Source: Podarcis melisellensis (Eukaryota). Taken from it: DNA of 64,000 nucleotides. A model generated the notes under the pieces. It was given only the letters and a program-made list of their open reading frames with translations. It was not told where the DNA came from and searched no databases. The stretch lies in the NCBI GenBank assembly GCA_964234715.1, contig OZ174284.1; one strand, 5' to 3'. Shown here in pieces: positions 23,121-36,235 of this stretch. Every line of letters starts with the position of its first letter. Position 1 is the first letter of the stretch. The translations under genes were made by a program, and so were the position numbers.

Positions 23121-23734
23121 AATATAACACAACAGCTCCAAACTAGCAGAGAGGCACTTCAGGGTAAAACCGAGGCCACTGTTCACAAATGCATTCATAT
23201 ATTTCAAATAATTTATATACCGCTTAATTAAATAGCCCCTAAGCAGCGTACATTGAACAAATCAAAACATTTATTGATGTGCAAATAAAAGAAGCAACGG
23301 TTGAAAACCGATATGCATAACTTATTCCCAAGTCTGGAGAGGCTTGGTGAAACAAACAGAAGGCTTTGGGCTTTATATTATAATAGCAAGACCTTGAACT
23401 TGGCATAGCTGGAAGTCAGCACCTATTTGAGCAGAGGTGCAATATGCAGGCAGGATCTCAGGCCTATCAGCAACCGTGCTGCAGTGTTCTGCACTAACAG
23501 CGGCTTCCTGAGCAACTGCAAGCTAAGCCCCAGTTTGCAATAATCCCACCTTGACGCTACCCTGCTTAAAACGACCATAGTCAATCTATGCCAATCCAGG
23601 AGCAGCAGCAGTTGATGCTCCAGTCAATGTTGGTGGAAGATGCTACTAGCCACAGAGCTCACCTGGGCATCTAGTGGAAGAGGCTGGAGTGAGAAGCAGC
23701 CCCCCCCAACCTGAGTTCTTGCTCCTTCAGGATA

Positions 23735-23976
23735 CAGTGGTACCTTAGGTTACATATGCTTCAGGTAACATACACTTCAGGTTACAGACTCTGCTAACCC
23801 AGAAATAGTGCTTCAGGTTAAGAACTTTGCTTCAGGATGAGAACAGAAATTGTGCTCCGGCGGCGTGGCAGCAGCAGGAGGCTCCATTAGCTAAAGTGGT
23901 GCTTCAGGTTAAGAACAGTTTCAGGTTAAGTACGGACCTCCGGAACGAGTTGAGTACTTAACCTGAGGTACCACTG
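23735..23976 (-). mobile_element. Tc1/pogo-type MITE (242 bp)
   Basis: CAGTGGTACC TIRs, TA TSD; sits beside old L2-like debris. Confidence 0.92.
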
Positions 23977-25605
23977 TATTTCCACACAGGGCAGGCAGAC
24001 ATAGGAACTGCTCATCCACAGAGCTTACACCTTGGCAGCACTCAAATTCAATGGTAGTCCATTTGCCTGGTGGTGGTGCTTGGCTTAATAGCCATCTCTG
24101 GTGATTCGGTGCTCTTGCTTCCTCCGTTCTGAACAGTACAATTGAATGGAGTAACACTCAGACATGGTCTTCAGTATCTACCTTACATGGCATGGGGAAG
24201 TGTCAGCGACTGGCCCCACAACCTGATCCCACAATTTAACAGCTTAGGGAGTTAAAATAACAACCACAGCTTGTTTCCAAGAAGCTTGGTCAGGAGAGCA
24301 AGTCCCCTGGTTTCAAGTAAAGTTGGTCCACCTTGACCTTCTCCAGCCAGTTGGACTCCCACTCTCATCAGCTTCAGCTAGCCTGGCCAATGGACAGGGA
24401 TGATGAGGCTTGGAGTGCAACATCATCAGGAGGGCACCAGGTTGGGGAAAGCTGATCCACCAAATAAATAAACAAATATAGAACTAAATTAGAAGAGCAG
24501 AACCCAGAAGTGGGTTGTTGTTTTTAATGAAACAGCAGCATCTAGGCCAGAGCAAGGCATGCACTAGATCAGGGATGGGGAACTTGTGAGCCTCCAGATG
24601 GACTCCCAATATCTGGAGGGGGATCAGGTCCGCTAGACGATGGGTCAAGCAGCTCACTAAGAGGTTGCAGCACTCAACATCACCCAACCTGGAAGAGATC
24701 AAACTGGGCATAGGAACATAGAACATAGCTGCCTTATACTGAATTGCATCTAGCTCAGCAATGTCCACATGAACCAGCAGTGGCTCTCCAGGATTTCAGT
24801 TTCGGGTCTCACCTACCTAGAGATGCTGGGGACTGAACCTGGGACCTTTTGTGTGCAAGGCAGGCGCTTTAGCACTGAGCTACAGATCTTCCCCAGCCTT
24901 TGGAAACCTTCCAGGGAAGAGGTGCACACACCTTCCTCAGCAACAAATTCCACAAGGCCTGTGCTGGCTTCATAACAGGAAAGTAAGGATGGAAGAGGGC
25001 ATCACTTTGCCTTCCTCCCTATATCTGTTGCACACAACACTGCTTCCTTTCTGCTGAAGTTCGTCTTCCACCCAAAACCATTATCTGTCTCACTGTTTGC
25101 CGTGGCAAAATCGCATAGCTTACGCAATTTATGTAATTGAGTGTGTGAATTTTGTTGCCATTAAGTTACTCTACTTTATTCCTTTCAATGCAACGGAAAG
25201 ACAATGCAAACTGGGGTGATGGGGACGTAATCGATTACCTATCTTTTGTGGTCTGAAAGCAACAGCAACATCTGTTGATTGATTTCCATACTGGAAATGG
25301 GATGAATAAGTGAGCTCCAGCAATTTCCACTCCTGCTTCCCTTTATTCTCCAACAACCTTACATGGGACAGCGGATGCTGTAGACCAAGGTGGTTACATG
25401 CCTGCCAGCAACGCACATAGAAATTAGTCTTTGTTAGCACTATGCTCCAACAGCTATGCTGTGCAATGGCACAGCAAAGGCCAATCCAGGTTTGAACCCC
25501 TGTGCGGACACAACCCTCAGGCTGCCAACAACACTGGATATCGGCATGAGGTGACTCAACATTGTTATTACTACCAGAACAGCAGAGAGAGAACAGCACT
25601 CTGGC

Positions 25606-25909
25606 NNNNNNNNNNNNNNNNNNNNNNNNNNNNNNNNNNNNNNNNNNNNNNNNNNNNNNNNNNNNNNNNNNNNNNNNNNNNNNNNNNNNNNNNNNNNNNN
25701 NNNNNNNNNNNNNNNNNNNNNNNNNNNNNNNNNNNNNNNNNNNNNNNNNNNNNNNNNNNNNNNNNNNNNNNNNNNNNNNNNNNNNNNNNNNNNNNNNNNN
25801 NNNNNNNNNNNNNNNNNNNNNNNNNNNNNNNNNNNNNNNNNNNNNNNNNNNNNNNNNNNNNNNNNNNNNNNNNNNNNNNNNNNNNNNNNNNNNNNNNNNN
25901 NNNNNNNNN
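25606..25909. other. Assembly gap (304 N)
   Basis: N run. Confidence 1.
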
Positions 25910-26225
25910 GCCCATCTGGCTGGGTTTCCCCACCCGCTCTGGGCAGCTCCCAACAGAATATTAGTAATAATAATAAAGTGATAAAACAACAAATATGAAA
26001 AACTTCCCTAAACAGGGCTGCCTTCAGATGTCTTCTAAAAGTCAGATAGTTGTTTAATTCCTTGACATCTGATGGGAGGGCATTCCCTGTAACTTCACTT
26101 CTCACAGGGAGGGAACCACCAGAACGCTATCAGAGCTGGACCTCAGTGTCTGGGTTGAACGATGGGGGTGGAGATGCTCTTTCAGGTATACTGGGCCAAA
26201 GCCATTTAGGGCTTTAAAGGTCAGC
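25910..26225 (-). mobile_element. L2-clade LINE 3' fragment, tail lost in the gap
   Basis: Encodes NALPSDVKELNNYLTFRRHLKAALFREVF. Confidence 0.85.
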
Positions 26226-26778
26226 AGGATAATTGAGTGAGAGGGGAAGGGACCAGTTCACTGGCACTGGGTACCAAGCTGAGAGGGCGCCACAACAATT
26301 ATGTAGAATGGAACGTGAGAAGCAGGGGACACAACAAATTTTGGTATCACACAAGGTGCCACTGAAATTTGAAAGCCCAATCTCCACCATGCGTGAATGT
26401 TGCTACCAAAGGGAGAGAGTCCTATTTCCATGCACGCATGGAACTGGATCCACCCTAAATAGTGCCAAGGTATGGATAGAATTCACCTCTGTGTCCCCAG
26501 CCTCCAATGTTCAGTCTGATGTGGGAGGAACATGTGTCAGTTTCCGACTAGGCAGGCAGGAGTTCAAATGGGTTAATCCTGAAAAACGGCACCTCCAGCA
26601 CTCAGAGCGGCTCAGCTACAGAGCTCACCAAGAAACTGGCAAGGCCTAACTCACAAGGTTAAAAGAGCTCTGTGTATGCAGCACTGAACTCATTGGGAGG
26701 TCAGGATATACATGTCGTAAATTAATTTCATTTAGGAAGGCTTACCTTAGACAAGGTTTGAGATCTCTTGATCTACAG

Positions 26779-27061
26779 CAGGGGTTGCTAAACCGTGCTT
26801 CATTCAGGTGGCCCACGGCATGTCCGCATTAAATATTCATAATGATTTTTAATTGTATTTTTATTGCTACTTTTATCTCTCACGCTGCATTCTACTGTAT
26901 TACAATTTGAATTCCATAGATAAAAATACAATTAAACACCATGCAGCTTCTAGTCTATTGCATTACAATTTCTACAATAGGCAGAAAATTCATTAAGCGG
27001 TCTTCCAAAGACTCCATCCATTTTCAAGTGGTCCATGGGGGAGAACATTTGGAAACCACCA
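26779..27061. mobile_element. Old non-autonomous hAT element
   Basis: Starts CAGGGGTTGCTAAAC with a decayed right TIR; 8-bp TSD atctacag at 26771-26778 and 27062-27069. Confidence 0.7.
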
Positions 27062-28981
27062 ATCTACAGCAGCACCTTATTGTCGCTTTTGAAGAATAAT
27101 TGACTAATATGTTATAGAACCACACCAGGGACTACAATGAGCAATTCAGTATCATTATTTCCTTTCATTTCAATTACCAGGGCCCTAGGCTGCATCGAAA
27201 ATTGAGGTTCTCTAAAGAAGGGATGGGGAACCTGTGGCCCTGCAGGTGTCAGACTTCACTTCCCAACAGAGCATGGTGAATGCTCAAAGCATGATGCGAG
27301 CTGAATTCCATCAATGTATTATAAACCACAGGTGCCTCATACCTGCTTTGCAGCTTTTCAAGAGGAGTACATAGCACAGATCCATTTGGCGGCAGCGGCT
27401 GTTTTTTAAATCCAGGTTATGAACATGTAAAAGCTTCCTTACTCCATGATAGACCAAACACAAGTGTTACCGATGGAAAGCCATGCCAGGAGATGGGATT
27501 ATTTATTCTCCACTATATGCTGCATCTAAATTTGCATGCTCCAATTCTTTGAGCCGTGAGAGGTTTCCTTGTAGAGGACATCAGGAGAGGCTTCTGACAT
27601 TGTGCCCTATTCACATTCCTTGACAAAATATGGGTTGACCCTAGGTAGAGATTCACAGCATTAACATTCCAAAAGGCATTGCTCCTTCAACAGTTTCTTG
27701 GGAAGGGTGCTCATCAACCTAAAGCTGCCCCTTTGACCTTCATCCCACCCCCAGTGTCAAGAGAAAGAAGGAAGGGGGGATGGGAAGGTAAAAGCCCTCC
27801 CCAAAGGACTCTCTTCTTCCAAAAGACTTCAGCTAGAGAGAACAATCTTCACGGAATCACCCTGAGATCTACGGATTAAGGGCGTAGATAGAAATTCAAT
27901 AAATGAATGAAGAATGAATGAAGAGGGAAGGACTTGTCTTGAGGAACTGATCTTAACTGTGCAGGGTAGCATATGTATGTGACTTTGCAGGTGATCCTCT
28001 GCAGAACTGGGGGACTATTAAGCTGAAGGAATATATGCTTGATCAGACCAAGAAAGCCCATATGTCCTCTTTTTCCAGGACACACCCTCTTTTTCATGGC
28101 TAGAGTCATCATAGCGACCCAGAGTTAGAAGTTGGGAAGTATATCCTCTTTTTTTTGCACTTCAAAATAGGCAACCCTAAGCCCACTTTTGTCACCAACA
28201 GAGGGAAGGCTGGGGTGTCCACACATCCTACTTTGCAGTCCTCTATTTGAAGATATGCTTCATCCATGCCCCATCCATCCATCTGTAACATAAGAAGGGA
28301 GAGCAGCAGGGACCTTGAAGTTGTCCATCAACAGTGAGCGCCTGGATAACAGACTGAACAGGCACATACCACCTTGTCACCTTTCTTTGCTATGGTAGGA
28401 TGTACTGTATATCATTCCTAAATCTGCATAAGTCAGCATAGGCAAATTTCATGCAAATCTGAATCTTATTTTTCGGGCAATGCATCTCCTCTTTTTTTGG
28501 CAACCTCCCTAGAGCAGGTGGCCTTTGGAGGCTCATTAAGTAGGGCAGAAATTGCAACAGCCCCCACCTCCCACCCAGCATCTGCCTCCCAGAAGTATCT
28601 TGATAGTATGGATCATGGTTGTTGATAGACCTAACCTCCATGAATTACACACTGAGTTAGGGTAAGGTATAAATCCTGAAGAATGAGAAAACACACACAC
28701 TTTGTCTAGTTATGTAGGACTCCCACAAATGTTGCTGAAAAGCTTATTCTAAAATCTTAGCTGCTTTAAGGCTACGCAAGAGACTTCTTGCAGTTGTGTT
28801 CTTGCACTCAGACCAGGGCTAAATATGAGCTGGTGTTAATTCTGAATATAGCTGCTTGTTTGCATTAAGAACAGCAGTCCCCCTCTTGCTATTGTTATAT
28901 TATTATTACCACTACCCCACAATGCCACGTTGAAATTCTGAACCGAGTTCTTCTATTCCACCGTCCCCAATTTTCAATTGC

Positions 28982-29590
28982 NNNNNNNNNNNNNNNNNNN
29001 NNNNNNNNNNNNNNNNNNNNNNNNNNNNNNNNNNNNNNNNNNNNNNNNNNNNNNNNNNNNNNNNNNNNNNNNNNNNNNNNNNNNNNNNNNNNNNNNNNNN
29101 NNNNNNNNNNNNNTCTCCTGCCATCAGTCAACATGATAAATGTGGCAAGTTCAGTAATGCATGGCCAGCCCCGAGCTGCCTNNNNNNNNNNNNNNNNNNN
29201 NNNNNNNNNNNNNNNNNNNNNNNNNNNNNNNNNNNNNNNNNNNNNNNNNNNNNNNNNNNNNNNNNNNNNNNNNNNNNNNNNNNNNNNNNNNNNNNNNNNN
29301 NNNNNNNNNNNNNNNNNNNNNTGTGGTTTTCCTCGGGCCGGTTACGCTCTGCCATCAGTGCACTTTCTTGTATAATGTGCATTTTAAAAAAAAAGGAAAA
29401 AAGAGGGGGTGGAAGGAAAGAAATGCCTTTCCCAATACTATACCTTTCCCNNNNNNNNNNNNNNNNNNNNNNNNNNNNNNNNNNNNNNNNNNNNNNNNNN
29501 NNNNNNNNNNNNNNNNNNNNNNNNNNNNNNNNNNNNNNNNNNNNNNNNNNNNNNNNNNNNNNNNNNNNNNNNNNNNNNNNNNNNNNNNNN
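28982..29590. other. Three assembly gaps (28982-29113, 29182-29321, 29451-29590)
   Basis: N runs. Confidence 1.
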
Positions 29591-31510
29591 TCTCCTGCCT
29601 CGCTGGAGGCTCCATCAGTTTTCATCTGCACCTGGACTCTGAAATCCTAATGATGAATTATTGCCCCTTTCCCTAAGAGGGCGAACCTTACAAGGGAACA
29701 TTTTACTGAACTGTCAAGCTCACAGACCGAGTGCGGAGATGCGGAAATCTGATCTAATTTACTGCAAAACGACGCACTTGTTAGACTTTTCTCCCTCCGT
29801 TTCGTCCCAAGGATCAAGAGATCAGTCAGTAGCCAGGCACTGCCTACTCCTTTGCTGGGGAGAGAGGGAGAGGGAGAGGGAGGGAGAGGGAGAGAAAAAG
29901 AGCACAGAGGTGGCGTTGGTTAGGTTCTCTAGGAGGCTCAAGATAATAGAAATTGAAACCAAGTTTTTGTTTAGCTGGGAAAGGAAGAAAAATTCTACTC
30001 AGGGCAAGAAATAGTCCCTCCACCAAGACAGGTTCACCTCGGCCTTGGTCCTAAGCACTCTGCTTCCAACAATATTGATGGTCTTTCTACATGCTTCCAC
30101 CTCCATCCAGCCTAAAACTACCATATTTTGATTTTGCGGATGAGATGCCTGGGATGGTGGAGCAGGAGGAGAACCAGGGGGGAAGAATCTGGCAAGCCAT
30201 GGATGGAGCTTGAAAAAGAATTTGTCACGCCAGGGGTCAGAATCCATTGTTAGGAGGAAAGCAGGATATGGAAGGACACAGCAGAGGCTAGCAGAACGTA
30301 GAATCCATTGGCTTTTCAGGCCCCAGGACCAATTGTCAGACAAATGCATCACCAGTCAGACTGGTTGGAAGGGCTCGTCTTAGACTTAGGGCAAACTCCA
30401 GCAGAGGCACAGTTCAGCGAGTAGCCTATGAATTAGGGTCCAAGTGCCAGTAGCAGCTATTTGCCCAGACAGCTACTACAGGCACACTTGTGGAGCCCTT
30501 TTCCAATCCCTTCAGTGTTGTCAGTGTTGCTTCACACTCAGTGTTTTTATTCAGCAGACAGTATACTGCAGCTTTCCATTCAAAAACGGCAACTGAATGA
30601 GCAGTTGGCAATGCTAGCAGAGAGCTTCCATATGCAACTGCTACAGTCACCTCAAGGGAAAACACAGATTGCTGTTATATTGCAGTTCCGTGCCTTTAAA
30701 ACTTTTCAAAATAGCATGGGCTTCAAAAGATCTAATAGGAACGCAATAGAAATAGAAAGCAGTGATCCAGCTCATTGTCTTCCTAAGGCACTGGACTAGA
30801 CCTGCTGGTAATTTCACCCATGATCCAATGTACAAGGGGTTATGCAGTGGTATGTGGGGAAGCATTTATTTATCCATCATTCCAGAGTGTGTTATGATAT
30901 AAAACAGACACACTCAAACAAAATAACCAAAACCCATTGATTCTGTACTGGAATGCTTGAGGAAATAAGGGGTTCTTTACATGTGAGTTCCAGCTCAAAA
31001 GTGGGGTTCCAGGGAAAGAGCTCTTCTGATTTCCATTCATGTGTGACACGTAATGCTTCATTTGTGCTTCCATTTTTAGGAAAGACAGTTGTGTGCTTAA
31101 CAAGCAAACAGTTTTTCAGATAGCGCAGCACTATTGTAGACCATCCCAATACAGAATCTCAGCATGAACCAGCAACCAATAGCACCTTTCACAACCTTCC
31201 ACCACGTCTCCAAATTAAACTGTGCATTCAATAGGGGTGTGTTCAATATCTTTCATCGATACCGATTAACTGCCAACATGTGTTCTTGGGCCCATAATGA
31301 GCAGGATCACGGCTTGGGTTTAAAGGTGCAGACTCAGTATCTTAGTTCCAGATGTATCTGGCTTTCCACCTTCCAAACCTCCCTCCCTGGTAGGAAACTA
31401 GGGTAGGGCAGGCAGATTGTTGTATGTGCAAGGTGAAGGAGGCAAAGTAGCTACTATTTCAGCATCATATTCGATTGATGAAACTGCAGAAAAAGGGTTG
31501 GATAAATGCA

Positions 31511-31830
31511 GGTGGTCTAAACCACTGAGCCTCTTGGGCTTGCCAATCAGAAGGTCAGCGGTTTGAATCCCCACGACGGGGTGAGCTCCCATTGCTCAGT
31601 CCCAGCTCCTGCCAACGTAGCAGTTTGAAAGCACACCAAAAAGTGCAAGTAGATAAATAGGTACTGCTCTGGCGGGAAGGTAAATGGCATTTCTGTGTGC
31701 TGCTTTGGTTTCACCAGAAGTGGCTTAGTCATGCTGGCCACTTGACCTGGAAAAACTGCGGACAAACGTTGGCCGCAACCCCAGACTTGTCTGTAACTGG
31801 ACTTAACTTTCAGGGATCCTTTACCTTTAC
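31511..31830 (+). mobile_element. Sauria SINE, partly deleted
   Basis: Consensus core (agtgcaagtagataaataggtac) and ACCTTT tail. Confidence 0.88.
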
Positions 31831-32039
31831 TTTTTTTAGTCCATATCTTCATTGATATCAAGATTGCCGTCAACTGCAGTGCCTAGAATTCTAAGGAGGA
31901 CCAGACCGGCCACTGGGGACGCAGCAGGACAACTGGGTAGAAAAATGCAGCAAAGAGCCAAAAGAAAATCCCTGGCCAGAAAATAGCCCCAAATCTTTGC
32001 TAGGGACAGCACTGTTCCTATCACTAGGCAAAGTCAGCC

Positions 32040-32446
32040 ATACGGAAGAGGGAGGAATTTGATTCACTCCACATTTGAAGCAGAGCCTACCGAATCCACA
32101 CCATCCCAAACAATTCATGAAACCGAAAACACAACCATCCGCCAAGATTCACATTCCTCCTGATTTTGCAGTGCTGTTCTCCATCCAAGTAATATGTACA
32201 AAAACACATTTACTAGATTGTGCATGAAATGCATATATTCTTGAAAATAACAAACAAAAATGGCTTTGCAACGCTGCATTTAAATTTGTGTAGTAGGAGT
32301 AATTAACACAAAAATGCTGATGGGTTTTCATGACGACTTAAAATAAATAAATCAGAAACTGATGTGGAAATGCAGAGAACTTAATTTAAGATTGGAAAAA
32401 TGAGGAACTGAGAGATACTGCAATTGACAGATTCATCCATCCCTAG
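32040..32446 (-). mobile_element. Old AT-rich interspersed repeat with TAGGGATG-type ends (probably hAT-derived)
   Basis: Similar ~400-bp copies at ~33185-33560, 37920-38225, 39030-39445 and 49908-50340. Confidence 0.6.
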
Positions 32447-34013
32447 GCAGGCTGAAGACTCCAAAGGCAAATTTCAGGTGCTGCTGCTTTTGGAGCAGTA
32501 TCTATAAACAAACAACAGCAACAGAAAGGCAGGGACTTTCCTCTCAGACCTAGGCTGCATTTACACAATATTTCATACTAGAACCAGTAAATACTGAGTT
32601 CTTGGTGTATGTTTTTTTACCTAGTCTACACACAATCCAGACCTATTGTATATTTTTTTGGCCCCTGAAAAGTGCTTCTTGGGAAACTGGTTTCATTTGG
32701 AAAATAAAAGCTCATGGCAGATTAATTCTATTTTGCCCCACGGTGTGTCCATTTGAAAATGGATGAGAGGAAACATGGGTGGTCCCAGAGATTGGGAACA
32801 TATACACATCTGCTGAGTGATGTTGTCAAGGATAGGTGTATAATATAACAAGGCTGAAATTACCTCTTCATTCACCTGGGTGGGCATGTTCAGAAGGGAA
32901 AAGATGTTGATAACCTAATCAAGGGGAGGGTTTTCAAAAGCATATCAAGTACCAACACCCACTCTCACTGATGACAGGACCCAGAATCAATCTAGAATGA
33001 AAGCAGCATGTTGAAGACGTGCTAGAACATTTCCAAATTGAGAAGAGCCACATTTTTTGTGCTACACAGTTACGGTGTACACAGATACTCGAAGGAACCA
33101 GATATGCAAGGGAGGGAGGCTGAAAGGAAAAGGGTTGAGGAGTTTGACACTACCATAGCAAAAAGGTATGGCAAAATCTCCAGTAGGGATGGGCAGAACT
33201 ATCTATTTCACATATATTCATTCATATGGCTGTTCCACCACATTTCAGTATTAATCCAATTTTTATTTAGTTATTAAATTTGTGCACCTTTCTTCATCCA
33301 TAGATCTCAGGGCAGTTCACAACATAAAAATACGGATTTGAAAATCCGCACAAAACTTTTGCATTTTCAAATGCACTTTATCTTAAAATACACATTTTGA
33401 TTTTATTTTTTTTAAAGCCAAGGACTGCATCTCAAAATTCAGAGAGGGGCAAAGTCCAGAGGATAACTGTGTTCTGATCCATGCATTAGTCTCAGAAAGT
33501 GCCGATTGGGGTCAGTTCATATGAGAATTTGCACAGAACCAATTCCTCGAGAACCCCCAGTCTCCTTTGTGTCTACCTCAACTATTGATTCCCTGCAACG
33601 AGTTCAGTGCACAGGATGCAAACCCTTCCCTGCTGCAGCTCAAACATGTTGCATATACTATTTTGTGTGACCCCCTTGTAGGACCACGTGGAACCTCCCT
33701 GGGAAACTTCACTAGCCTAAGTGGTGCCTTTATTCAAAATTGATTTTTCCTTCAGCAGAACTCGAATGATATTTTACTGAAGCAAAGAACTGCACCTGAA
33801 AATTTCGCTTTAGGCAAAATAAAGAAGCAACACAATGACCATACCAATGGTTTTGGGGATGGGTGAGGAGAGAAGTTATACAGTTCATATCAAGTAATTT
33901 GCAAGCTTTTTGTTTGTTTGTTTATAGAATACTGCAAAACACCTAGACTGTACCAAAAATCCCACACACCCAATTACGAATCATTTCGAGGTTCACTGTT
34001 CATTCACCTAAAT

Positions 34014-34149
34014 CAGGCATAGGCAAACTCGGCCCTCCAGATGTTTTGAGACTACAATTCCCATCATCCCTGACCACTGGTCCTGTTAGCTAGGGATGAT
34101 GGGAGTTGTAGTCCCAAAACCTCTGGAGGGCCAAGTTTGCCTATGCCTG
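34014..34149. mobile_element. 136-bp hairpin hAT MITE
   Basis: TIR CAGGCATAGGCAAACT / AGTTTGCCTATGCCTG; perfect TSD acctaaat at 34006-34013 and 34150-34157. Confidence 0.92.
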
Positions 34150-34399
34150 ACCTAAATGTTTAGCTCCTCTAGTGAATATTACCATTCTTTCCATACTCAT
34201 GCAGACAAAAGTAGGCAGTTCAGCAGATCATTCAGATCCATCTGTCTGTGTAAAGTGAAGGAATGTCAGGAACCGAAGACATTCAACCAGTGGCTGTGTT
34301 GCAACTTTTTAGCACCTTTCATTTGAAAGTTGAAAAATTCAACAGACCCTAATAGTGACACATTGAGCTTCTTTAAGATACTAAAAGGAACACACGCAG

Positions 34400-34815
34400 T
34401 AAATGGCATTTCAACAGGGACAAATGTAAGGTTCTGTGCTTAGGTAGGAAGAACCAGGTGCACAAATATAGGATGGGGACATGTGGTTTACTAGCAGTAC
34501 ATGTGAAAGGGAATCTAGAGGTCTTGGTAGCTCATAAGCTTAACATGAGCCAAAAGTGTGATGCAGCAACAAAAAAAGCTAATGCTAGGCTGCATCAACA
34601 GAAGTATAGTGTCCCAAGTGAGGAAAGTAATAGCACTGATTTATTCTGCCTTGGTCAGACCACACCTGGAATACTGTGTCCAGTCCTAGGTGCCATAATT
34701 TAAGGAGGATATTGGCAAGCTGGAATGTGTGCAGAAGAGAGTATGGAAAACAAGCCTTATGAGGAACAAGCAAGGGAGTTTGCTATGTTTAGTCTGGAAA
34801 AGAGGAGACTAAAGG
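34400..34815 (+). mobile_element. CR1 LINE ORF2 fragment
   Basis: Frame-broken FNRDKCKVL..GRKNQVHKYRMG..HKLNMSQKCDAATKKANA..YSALVRPHLEYCVQ motifs typical of CR1. Confidence 0.88.
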
Positions 34816-35435
34816 CACGTTTTTTATGCTGTCCCAAAACTCAAGGGGGGAGGGCGGAGGATTTCAGACCTCTAGAATTGTTATTTATTTTATTTTTAAA
34901 ATTTATACCACTTGACTTCAGAAAAATATAAAACAATAAAACTATCAATAAAAAATTTCAACTATAATTTAAAATGTACAGCAAGTTATAAACTCAATAG
35001 AATAGACTAAATCTAATTAAAACTCACACAAACTTTCCAAACATCTGGCCAGGCTTGTCTAAATAAGAATGTCTTCAGGAGGAGCCAAAAATAATACAGA
35101 GGAGGCCTGATATCAATAGGCAGGGAGTTCCAAAGGATAGGAAGGGGGGGAAGCACCTGCTCCACAGAATCCCTAGCACCTCCAGATATGGTTGGCGAGA
35201 GACTTTTTGAGAAACCCTGGAGAGGTGCTGCCAGTCTGTGAAGACAATATTGAAGTAGATGCAGCAGCTAATGGTGTGATGGGGGCAGAGACCTTCATAA
35301 GACTTCCCAGCTGGTGAGTCACTGTTGTTTACTGGGAAGGAGAGGTGGTGCAAATGCATCTGCGGTAGTTTTGGATTAGCTCCAGTGGTGCATTTGCACT
35401 ACATTGACATTGCCACAACCTCACCTCTCTTCATC

Positions 35436-35476
<41 letters not shown>
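35436..35476. repeat. (AAGC)n microsatellite
   Basis: Direct reading. Confidence 0.95.
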
Positions 35477-35478
<2 letters not shown>

Positions 35479-35581
35479 TAACTCACCTGCTGGGAGGTCA
35501 GGTAAGCATCTCAGTACCACCACACTGCCCACTACTGACTTAGTGGTTCAATGGCCTAAGTAAATAACTAGGTTAAGTAAA

Positions 35582-36235
35582 TTTTTATTTATACCCCGCC
35601 CTCTCCTTACTCAGGGCAGCTAACATCAAATACAGTGGTACCTCGGGTTAAGAGCTTAATTCGTTCTGGAGGCCTGTTCTTAACCTGAAACTGTTCTTAA
35701 CCTGAAGCACCACTTTAGCTAATGGGGCCTCCTACTGCCGCTGCGCTGCTGCCACACGATTTCTGTTCTCATCCTGAAGCAAAGTTCTTAACCTGAGGTA
35801 ATATTTCTGGGTTAGTGGAGTCTGTAACCTGAAACGTATGTAACCTGAAGCGTATGTAACTTGAGGTACCACTGTACATTAAAACACAATCAAACAATTG
35901 ATTAAAATGCAGCTTAAAAATTATAATCAGGATAAAATGAAATGATTGCCCATGAATTACAACCATAGGGGTCGGGAACCTCAAGTATTCATCAGGGCCA
36001 GCTATCCATGTTGCTCCCATATGAGCGATAAAAGGGCCAAACAGGTAACTTACAGGGTCCCATAGAGGGGGGTCAATCTGGGCCCGGACCGAAGGCCAGG
36101 TGAACAATTCTGTCTTGCAGGCCCTGCGGAAAGATGTCAAGTCCCGCAGGGCCATGGTCTCCTGCGATAGAGTGTTCCACCAGGCTGGGGCCAAAGCCGA
36201 AAAGGCCTTGGCCCTGGTTGAGGCCAGTTTAAGGC
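35582..36235 (-). mobile_element. L2-clade LINE 3' end interrupted by a MITE
   Basis: Encodes RAKAFSALAPAWWNTLSQETMALRDLTSFRRACKTELF. Its tail (gttagctgccctgag...gggcggggtataaataaa) lies beyond the MITE. Confidence 0.82.
35633..35874 (+). mobile_element. Tc1/pogo-type MITE (242 bp)
   Basis: CAGTGGTACC TIRs, TA TSD. Confidence 0.92.

Noticed and set aside
25171-29676. Long ORFs of up to 273 aa
   Set aside because: They run through N gaps and are artefacts.
29999-30352. 117-aa ORF as an extra LMO3 exon
   Set aside because: No LIM-like residues and no convincing splice sites.
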